From: Octopus sinensis
Taxonomy: Eukaryota
Length of the DNA stretch: 64,000 bases
Reading direction: 5' to 3'
Assembly (NCBI RefSeq): GCF_006345805.1
Contig: NC_042999.1
Coordinates: 76,198,001-76,262,000 of the forward strand
Part shown: positions 54,867 to 64,000 of the stretch, in pieces
How positions within the stretch are numbered: the stretch's first letter is position 1
Layout: every line of letters starts with the position of its first letter
Program-made: the position numbers and the translations under genes
The notes under the pieces: model-generated
What the model saw: the letters and a program-made list of their open reading frames with translations, nothing else
Database searches by the model: none
What the model was told of the DNA's origin: nothing

Positions 54867-56625
54867 GCTATTTTTCATATAATCACATTACTTTAGTTTT
54901 ATCTCATTTTCCACTCACTATACTTACTAAACTGAATTCACTTGTTATTGGTTAGCTCTAACTTTAATTGCTATTTCTACTTCTAAATTTCCTAGCTATT
55001 TTTTAATAATTACATTACTTTAGTTAAATCTCGTTTACCACTCACTATATTTACTAAGCTTAATTCAATTGTTATTGCTTAGCTCAAACTTTTATTGCTC
55101 TTTCTATTTCTAAATTTCCTATAGAACGTCGAGTGGATCTTATGCGTACACGCCGGTATTGCATCAGTGAACTTATTTAATACTGTGTTGTTGTAATTTT
55201 TTAATATAGTGTATGCCTCCCTTATGCATAAACCGCATCTAGTGGACCCAATTCTATAAGGGGAGGCAAGATTAAGGATAGCCCATGATATTTTAAATTC
55301 AACATTCCTTTCCTTGAGGTCGTTAATATGTGTAATGCCAGTGTTGTAGAGGTCCTATATTTAGGATTGTTGAAGGAGCTCAGGTGGGATCGATACCTCT
55401 ACTGTGCTTCCGATATATATTTTTCTCTGGCCTCCTTGAGCCTCAACACTGCATTTATAAACCACATTTTCCTGGCAACAATTTCCGCTAATAGGACATT
55501 CAGTTGGGTCCCTACAATTACATTTCTTCAACCTGCTACGGGATCTCGTATTATTGATAACTCCGAAACCGTGCGCACTCCCAGTACTAGGATACACCAT
55601 ATCATCTACACCATCGTTCGTACTATTTTCCGGTATAATTATTCTGATATTATTCCTATTACCATTCTTCTTATTTTCATTTTTATTTTTATTTTTACTA
55701 ATATTTTTATTACCATTTCCACTACTATTAACACCATCATTACCACCCTGATAATCATTATAATCACTAATATCATCACCGACATCATTATTATGATTAT
55801 CTCTACTATTTATATTATTTTTCGCCCCAACACGCCCTTCACAATCGATTTCAGAAGGCGTACTATTAATATTAATACCCTCTTCTATGTCTTTAATGAA
55901 TATTCCATTAAAGCTTCTGTCATCATTTCTATCATTATAGCGCCTTATTTTACTTCTGTTCAACGAGGCAATAATAGATCCGACATTGGGAGTGACTGAG
56001 TAGGCCAGCTTGATTGTTGACTTGTTACATATTGAATAATACTTATGGTGTTTTGGGAAATTTTCCTTCAATAACTTAAAAAATAGCTTTGGTAAACCTT
56101 TCACCCTTAATGATAAAGGAGGGGCAAACCAAGTAACTTGACGAATCCTAGGCTTAGTATTAATAGTGGGATTACAATATGTTGCTTGGATTGATGTACT
56201 AAATGTAAGGGCACTCCTGTATCTATTACGAATATTCATATCTCTATTACTACTAGTATTATTCTTATTTCTTTTACCACCTTCATTAGACCTAAATCTA
56301 ACTTTACACCTTAATTCACATTTATGATTCATATTATTTGTAACCCCTTCCCTCCCGTTACCGTTATCGTTCATGGTATTTTCATCCTTACAAATCTAAT
56401 TATTAGCCTTATTAACGTGGTTACCATTTACAAGACCGACCACATCGCATTCATTTCTCCTATTTCCAAAGCTTCTTTTATCAGCACAAATATTGGTCAT
56501 TATTAGCTTGTTTCTAGCTCCTTGGAAACTATGTGGGGAGCCTCTGCCATCCGAAATCCGTTTCATATCGTACTATTAATATTAATACCCTCTTCTATGT
56601 CATTAATGAATATTCCATACGTATA
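54867..56625 (-). mobile_element. Penelope-like element 3' portion: WF.PP region, Cys linker, GIY-YIG endonuclease; no RT core visible
   Basis: VTWFAPP...HHKYYSICNKSTIKLAYS..PN, CNCRDPTECPISGNC, VVYKC...IYIGST. After compensating frameshifts: RYRSHLSSFNN..YRTSTTLALHI, WAILNLASPY...CGLCIRE...LNK...CTHK, stop near 55080. Confidence 0.9.
55080..56374 (-). pseudogene. Penelope-like GIY-YIG endonuclease-containing ORF, disrupted
   Basis: The ORF-track ORF 55361..56374 continues to about 55080 through two short compensating frameshifts. Confidence 0.8.
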
Positions 56626-57525
56626 TATATATATATATATGTATATGTATATGTGTGTTTATGAGTGCATGTGTTTATATATGTATGAGTGTGTGTATGT
56701 GTGATTGTGTGGATGCATGTATGTATAAACTATATTATATTAAATTACATTGTTATATATTCATACAGGCACAAATACAAACACACACACTCACACATAC
56801 ACATGTGGTTCCCCCCACAATCCCGGAATCATTGGAAATTTTTTTTCGTTGAATGAATTCCTGTGACGTCCTAATATTGCAAAATTAGGTTACTTAAGGT
56901 GGGCCTGGTAACTGATGGTTTTGGGATCTTGTTATTTGTAACTTTTGGTGAGCCATGGTGCAACCAACAACATGGTAAAAATCCCTGCCATTAATTTAGT
57001 GTGAATGGATAATATCAAATAATTAAATCACAACATGGAAAAATGCGAGCATGAAAATTCATATTCTTAAGATTATAAACCTGGAAAAGTACAGGACAAG
57101 TTATTACACCTGCTATTGCTTCTAGTAAAGAATAAGTAACAATTTTACTTAAAATATTGCAGCTAAAATTAAAATTTGAAAATTAAAAATTACTTTATAA
57201 TAGCTTACAAATAACACTATATTATTTTAAGTAGAATTTGGGTAATTTACTACATTAAATACAGAAAACAATGACTAATTAGACAAACCTACAAATTAGC
57301 TGAGCAGTTTTGTACAACACATTTAAAAGATGAGAACTGTAAAGAGTGATAAATTAGGAGAAATGGCATTCTTTGCTGCAATATTTTAGGTAAAAACTTT
57401 CTTATTCTTTACTTTACTAGTAGTAATATCTTGTCCTATACTTTTCCAGGTGCAATAACTTGTCCTGTACTCTTCCAGGTTATAATCTTATTAATATCAC
57501 TTTTCATGCTCGCATTTTCCTTCTA

Positions 57526-57637
<112 letters not shown>

Positions 57638-57954
57638 ATATATAATTTTGAGTGTATGTGTTACTAAATTTGGCCACTGAAGATTCCAGTTACCCTGAAG
57701 TCTTCTCAGCGTGGAGCTGCTTCTTTAGACAAGTAAACCACTGCGGAGACATACGGTTCGTTCTTTTGATGGCGAAACTAGGGCAAAAAACTGCGATTAT
57801 ATATAGTTAAAAAATAAAAATAAGAGGAAAAATTAAAAAAAATAATAATGAAAGTAATAATTTTTTCAGTTATAGGTGCAAGGATTGAAACTTTAAGAAA
57901 AGGGGGTTGCTCAATTACATGAATTCCACTCTCAAATTAATTGCTACGTTATTG

Positions 57955-58660
57955 ATTTGAACTGGGGACGTAGAAACCGAAGAAATCCCGCTAAGCATTT
58001 CGTCCGGCGTGCTGAAAATTCTGCCAGCTTTCCCTAACAATAATAATAATCTTTTCTACTAATAGGGACAAGGCCTGAAATTTTCGGGGAGGACTCCGAA
58101 AGGGTGAAAGACAAACTCGACCTCGGCAGAATTTGATCTCAGACGTAGCAGCAGACGAAATACCGCTAAGCATTTCGTCTAGCGTGCTAACGATTCTGCC
58201 AGTTTGCCCATTGATGAATAATAATGGTTTGAATTTTTTGCACGAGGCCAGAAATTTCGGGAGTGGGGGCAAGTCGATTACATCGACCCCAGTGCTTAAC
58301 TGGTACTTATTTTATCGACCCTGCAAGGATGAAAGGTAAAGACGACCTCGTCGGAATTTGAACTCAGAATGCAAAGACAGGCGAAATGCCGCTGGCATTT
58401 TGCCAGGCTTTCTAACTCTTCTGCCAGCTCGCCACCTTAAAATATATTGGTTTCATATTTTAGCCCAAGGCGAGAAACTTCGGGGAGTGGGTAAGTTGAT
58501 TACATCGACCCCAATGTTTCACTGATACTTAAGTTATCGGCCACGAAAGGATGAAAGGCAAAGTTGACCTCGGTGAAACTAGAACGCAAAACATAAAGAC
58601 GGGCAAAATGCCGCTAGGCTTTTTTGCCCTGCGAGCTAACGATCCTGCCAGCTCAACCCC
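57955..58660 (-). mobile_element. Head-to-tail array of four SINE family B copies
   Basis: Copies at about 57955-58035 (head only), 58060-58210, 58220-58440 and 58445-58660, mostly separated by short AAT-rich spacers. Confidence 0.9.
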
Positions 58661-58661
58661 T

Positions 58662-58717
58662 TAATAATACTATTAATAATAATAATAATAATGATAATAA
58701 TAATAATAATAATAATA

Positions 58718-58752
<35 letters not shown>

Positions 58753-58790
58753 GTAATGATGATGATGATGATGATAAATATAACTGAAAC
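58662..58790. repeat. (AAT)n/(GAT)n microsatellite
   Basis: Direct observation. Confidence 0.95.
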
Positions 58791-58829
58791 TAACAAGATT
58801 ATTTGTGATGCAGCTATGGTTGCTGCAGA

Positions 58830-61440
58830 ATAATTTGGATACAAAAGATAAGAACAAACAGAAGGTAAACAACCACACTGGCGTTGAAGAATGTGTGGGA
58901 GAAAAAAGTTAAAAAGACATTAAGAACAAGTTGATACATTGAGAAGAGAGGAATTGCAGAAAGAAAGCATAAAAATAATGCTGGAAAGAACATATAGCAT
59001 AAGAGATAAAGGTTATAATGTGATATTGGAAGAATTGAAACAAAGGGTAGGAGCAATCAAAGCAAAACTGGAAAGATACAACAACAAAAAAAGAACGTTC
59101 AGGCAAAAAAGATTGTTAGAAGCAAATAATAAGAAACTGTTTCAGGAACTAGATGGGCAAATACACGCAACAATGATACCAGATGCAGAGGAAAGCAAGG
59201 TATTCTGGAGAGGGATCTGGGACCAACCTGTACAACATAATGACGAAGCGTAGTGGCTGCATGAAATCCAAGAAAGATCAAGAAATACAGAAATCCAAGA
59301 AGACATAAAGATAACTACAGAAATGATTTTAAAAATGCAGTTAAGAAAATTCCCAAATTGGAAGAGCCCAGGACCGGATGAGGTACAAGGTTATTGGATG
59401 AAAAAGCTGACAGAGCTCCATCAAAGGATAGTACAACTGCTATATGAGTGTTTGCAGGAAGGTGCAACACAGGGAAAGACATTGTTATGTGCCAATGATT
59501 CTAAAAAGGGAAATGTTGCATCTAACTTTAGACCAATAACATGCCTTCCACTAATGTGGAAACTAATGTCAGTTGCTTTGGCCGGTGAACTATAGAGATA
59601 CTTGGAAAAAAGTGTGCTGCTACCCATTGAACAGAAAGGGTACCGAAAAAGGAGCCGGGGAATTTATAATCTAATTATCTGGAACTGCAAGTGAAGGCAT
59701 ACAAACCTGAGCATGGCATGAGTTGACTATCACAAAGAATACGATATGATGACACACTCCTGGATAATAAGAACAATGGAAAAGCATGGAGTAGCAGGAA
59801 ATATGAGAAGCCTTATATAGAACAGTATGAAATGCTGTGGAGAACAGAATTGACAGAAAGGAAGCAAGTACTAGGAGATGTGAAAATCAAGAGAGGAATA
59901 TTCCAGTGGGACAGTGTATCCCCACTGATATTCGGGCTGGGTATGATGCTCTTGAGTGAAATACTACAGAAAACAAAACTGGGGTGTGATCCGAGAAGAG
60001 GTAAGGGAAAACTGAATCACTTGCTATTCATAGACGACCTCAAACTAATCAAAAAATCTGAGGCCCAACTGGACAGCCTAGTCCAGTCTGTGCAGATTTT
60101 CTCCAATGATATTAAGATGGTGTTTGAACTCCCAAAATGTGCTGCGATGGTGATGCGACGAGGAAAGCTTGCAAGGACAGAAGACATATGGTTGCCATGT
60201 GGTGAAATGATAAAGGCAATGTAACCTCAATCCAGCTATAAATACCTGGGAATACTTGAGGCAGATGGAATTAAAAACAACACAACATGAAGGAAAACAC
60301 AAAAAGAGAGTACCTGCGGCGAGTGAGAAAATATTGGCTTTAAAGCTGAATGCCAGAAACAATTTCGTCAATAAACTCGCGCGTAGTCGCAATAATTCGG
60401 TATGGCGCTAGAATCCTGAAGTGAAAAGAGGAGGAGCTAGAAGAGATGGACAGGAAGTCAGAAAGCTCCTAACGATGCATGGAGCCCATCATCCACGTGC
60501 AGACACTGATCAACTATACATAAATAGAGCAAATGAAACAAGGGGACTGATAAGTGTGGAAGGCTGCGTGCGTATTGAACTCGAGAGTTTAATAAGATAC
60601 CTAGCCCAAAGTAAGGAATTCTTTGTAGTGGTAGTTAGGAACGAGGGAGAATTGAAAGCAGAGAAAAAGGGCAAAACAAAGGAAGAAGTAAAAAACGACT
60701 TGAAGAAGAATTACCCAAGAAGGGCCTACACAATCAATTTCATGTAGCCACAACAGAGGTTGCTGGGAAAAATAGGTAGGATTGGCTGGTGAAAGGAATC
60801 CCTAAAAAAAGAAACCGAAATCACTATACTGGTAGCGCAAGACCAAGCTTTGGCTACGAACTGGAGGGTTAACCTTAGGAATGAGCAAGTGTCTCTGCTG
60901 TGCCGCATCTGCAACAGAGTAGATGAAACCATTCCCCATACCACGTACGAATGCCCTAGACCACTACAAATGGTGTTGACACGCCCAAGTAGCAAAAGTG
61001 CTACATTGGAAACTGCGAAAAGTGGGAGTAGAGAGAGGCAAGACGTTGTATGAGCACAAACCGCAGAGAGTGACGGAGAAGGAGACTAGCAAAATCCTCT
61101 AGTATTTCCCAATCCAAGCAGATCAGGTGCCAGAGCATAATAAACTTGACCTAGTGGCGATGGACAAGGTGCAACACATATGCTATATAGCTGACGTTGC
61201 ATGCCACTTTGACTCACGAAGGAAGGCGAAAAGGCAGATAGATACAACCCACTCGTGTACGAAATAGCCCGGCTATGGAAAATGAAGAAGGTGAAGATAG
61301 TGCCAATTATTGTTGGGTCCTTGGGAGCAGTATCAGAAGGCATCAAGAGGAATATAAAGGAAATTGGAATAGAGTGCCCAGAAGAACTGTTACAAAAGTT
61401 TTGCCTCCTTGGCACGGCTAGAATAATCAAGAAAGTAATA
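58830..61440 (+). mobile_element. R4/Dong-like LINE, long degraded copy (pre-RT region, RT, CCHC, RLE)
   Basis: NWKSPGPDEVQGYW, NFRPITCLP, RGIFQWDSVSPL, HLLFIDDLKL, YKYLGILE, CRICNRVDETIPH..ECP, IVPIIVGSLG...LGTARIIKK. Many stops and frameshifts. Confidence 0.95.
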
Positions 61441-61444
61441 GGTA

Positions 61445-61975
61445 CCGGAAAAGAACGAATAGCTGGTACCGTAGAGAACTGGTATGAGCATGTACGAAGT
61501 AAAGTTATGCAGGAGGATGCAAAAGTAACGATTCTCTGGGACTATGATTTTCAGACGGATCGTGTAATCGAACACCAACAGCTGGATATTGTCATATTGA
61601 ATAAGGGAGAGAAATACTGTCAGATCATCGATGTAGACATACCAAATGACATGAATATTTTGAGTAAAGAGGTTGAAAAATTCATCAACTACTCTGAATT
61701 GAAAGTGGAAATGCTAAGACTATATGGAATGGGAGAAGGTAATGTAAAAGTGATACCAGTGGTGATCGGAACGTTGAGCTCAGTCCCATTAAAACTTCAA
61801 GACTTCTTAAGGCAACTGGAATTCCCATGCGAGATTCATGTCTGGCAAAAAGCAGCCTTATTGGGCACAGCGCACATCTTAAGGAAACTATTATCTGTCT
61901 GAAGTCCTTGCTGTGAATTGACATATGACTAAAGATTCCGGTGCATTTTTACCTACACTGTGTTACTAAGGAATA
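61445..61975 (+). mobile_element. Second R4/Dong-like 3' fragment (RLE and 3' UTR)
   Basis: WYEH...VTILWDYDFQTDRVIEHQQLDIV...IIDVDIP...VIPVVIGTL...LLGTAHILRKLLSV*, then an AATAAT/A-rich tail. Confidence 0.9.
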
Positions 61976-61989
61976 ATAAAAAAAAAAAA

Positions 61990-62176
61990 TAATAATGGTT
62001 TCAAATTTTGCCACAGCATTTTTTTTTTTTCGGTTGGGGAGGTTCAATTCCATCAACCTCAGTGTACAACTGGTACTTATTTTATCGACATCGAAAGGAT
62101 GAAAGGCAAAATCGACCTCGACGAAATGCCGCTAGCGTGTTGCCCAGCGTGCTAACGATTCTGCTAGATCGCCGCC

Positions 62177-62180
<4 letters not shown>
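61990..62180 (-). mobile_element. SINE family B copy
   Basis: Reverse complement of GGCGGCGATCTAGCAGAATCGTTAGCACGC...GTCGATTTTGCCTTTCATCCTTTCG...AAATTTGAAACC, with (AAT)n on both sides. Confidence 0.9.
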
Positions 62181-62215
<35 letters not shown>

Positions 62216-62218
<3 letters not shown>

Positions 62219-63861
62219 GCACTGTCACCTCTATCTGATATGCTAAATAGAACTGGATGCGGATATAAATGTTACGGCAAAACGATCAGCCACCTTTTAT
62301 ATATGGATGACCTAAAACTATACGCTGCAAATGACAAACAGCTGGAAACACTATTAAAGACAGTTCATGGATTTACCAAAGAAATAGATATGAAATTTGG
62401 ATTAGAAAAATGCGCCAAAGTATCCATGAAAAGAGGAAAACTAGTTAAGAGTAACAACATCACACTAGATAAAACCAACGAAATAAAAGAATTAGACCAA
62501 AGACAAACTTACAAATACTTAGGAATCCATGAACTAGATAAGACACAACACACACAAATGAAAGAGAAAATAAAAAAAGAATATTATAGACGAGTTAGAT
62601 CAATACTAAACACAGAGCTCAATGCTAAAAACAAGATAATAGGTATCAACACTTTAGCTGTCCCAGTTATAAGTTACAGCTACAATATCCTTAACTGGAC
62701 ACGAAATGAACTGACCAAAATAGATCGGAAAACAAGAAAAATAATGACAGGATCTAGGATGCATCACCCAAAATCTGACATAGAAAGACTATATATACAA
62801 CGTATAGAAGGTGGTAGAGGCCTTATACAGCTGGAAAACTACTATAAAATAACGACCATAGGACTGCAAAAATATCTACTTCAGAAGGAAGGAAAACTGA
62901 TCCAGATAGCGGCAAAACACGAGCAAAACAAAAAACTGTTCTCAGTATTTAAGGAAGCTGACAAATACAAACAAGAAATCATACCACCTAATAAACATGA
63001 AGAAGAAGAAGAAGAAGATGAAGAAACAACAAAAGCTATAAAACAAATGAAATCCAAACTAAAAATAGAACAGCAACGAACCATGATAAAACGATGGCAA
63101 GAAAAGCCCCTTCATGGTAAATACTGGACTAAACTAAACGCAAAAGAAATAGACAAAGAAAAATCCAAGCAATGGTTGAGAAGCTCAGGACTCAAAGCAG
63201 AAACAGAGGGATTTTTAATTGCAGCACAAGACCAAAGCCTCCCCACCAGAAATTACCAAAAACATGTAATGAAAAGAAATATTACAAGTAACTGCAGAAT
63301 ATGTGGAGATGGACAAGAAACAATAAATCATATTATCTCTAGCTGCCCAGTCTTGGCTAAGAAGGAATATATTCACAGACATGACAGAGTTGGAACCTAC
63401 ATACATTGGAAGCTATGCCAACATTATGGAATAACAACAGAAAAAAGATGGTATAGGCACACACCAGAAAAGGTCACAGAAAACGAGAAAGCAACCATAC
63501 TCTGGGATATGCCGATACACACAGATAGAGAAATTAAGGCCAACAGACCAGATATAGTTGTCAGAGATCATGAAGAAAAAAAATGCTTTCTAATTGATGT
63601 ATCAATACCGGCTGATGACAACGTGTCTCTAAAAGAAATGGAGAAACTCTCAAATACAAAGACCTGGAAATAGAGGTAACTAGAATGTGGAATCTGAAAA
63701 CAGAAACAATTCCTATCATAGTAGGTGCATTAGGCATGATAAAAAAATATTCAGACAAATACATAACAAAAACACCAGGACTTACAAACACATATAACAT
63801 ACAGAAAATTGCACTACTAGGCACTGCACACATCCTACGCAGAACACTTTCCATACAATAA
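62216..63861 (+). pseudogene. Non-LTR retrotransposon RT/CCHC/RLE polyprotein, C-terminal part, single frameshift
   Basis: 485 uninterrupted codons. One missing A at about 63650 (TCAAATAC vs expected TCAAAATAC) restores KLSKYKDLEIEV...LGTAHILRRTLSIQ* ending at 63861. Confidence 0.92.
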
Positions 63862-63975
63862 CCATCAGAGCATCACAACAAATCACAGCACATACCCAAG
63901 GCACACAGAGCTGTGCTCGGTAGTGAAGTGAAAGCACGCTATAAAAATAAAACTACTGAATAATAATAATAATAA
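62218..63975 (+). mobile_element. Young 5'-truncated R4/Dong-like LINE inserted in (AAT)n
   Basis: Open frame HLLYMDDLKL...CRICGDGQETINHIISSC...RHD...RPDIVVRD..KKCFLIDVSIP, about 97-nt 3' UTR, (AAT)n at both junctions. Confidence 0.97.
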
Positions 63976-64000
63976 AATTTTAGATATAACTTTTGCACAA

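Noticed and set aside
55215-55268. GCCTCCCTTAT...ATAAGGGGAGGC inverted repeat and nearby CTGATG
   Set aside because: Lies within GIY-YIG coding sequence (ASPY...IREA), so the symmetry is probably coincidental.
55328-55999. 223-aa plus-strand ORF
   Set aside because: It is the antisense shadow of the Asn-rich Penelope ORF; I/T-rich with no independent motif.
57955-58660. Regularly spaced repeats superficially like a CRISPR array
   Set aside because: The units are ~150-220-bp SINE copies in eukaryotic DNA, with no unique spacers and no cas genes.
62216-62218. ATG start of the 485-aa ORF
   Set aside because: It is created by the (AAT)n/element junction. The element is truncated inside RT, so this is not a real start.

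Overview
Highly AT-rich, microsatellite-dense eukaryotic non-coding DNA, most consistent with an octopus (coleoid cephalopod) genome. That assignment is an inference from the two abundant tRNA-derived SINE families and the (TA)n/(TACA)n/(GATA)n load. I find no credible host protein-coding gene: almost all ORF-track entries are microsatellite read-throughs or antisense to transposon relics. The window is a transposon graveyard. It holds many restriction-like-endonuclease (RLE) LINE pieces of R4/Dong type, including a very young 5'-truncated copy sitting in (AAT)n at 62.2-64.0 kb, plus one CRE-type piece, two CR1-type LINEs, an RTE-type LINE, a Penelope-like GIY-YIG element, Tc1/mariner (maT-like, mariner), pogo and probable hAT relics, and about 20 SINE copies. 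The most interesting signals are: (i) a dispersed ~200-bp non-coding element, in two copies, carrying a minimal type-I hammerhead-like ribozyme with a palindromic stem III, plus a second hammerhead candidate with an inverted sibling; (ii) a CR1 LINE whose 3' end matches the 3' tail of the dominant SINE, suggesting a SINE/LINE partner pair; (iii) a near-perfect ~330-bp palindrome and a SINE fold-back hairpin; (iv) an (AAT)n hotspot with stacked SINEs and R4/Dong LINEs in opposite polarity. Element boundaries are read by eye and are approximate unless exact motifs are quoted.
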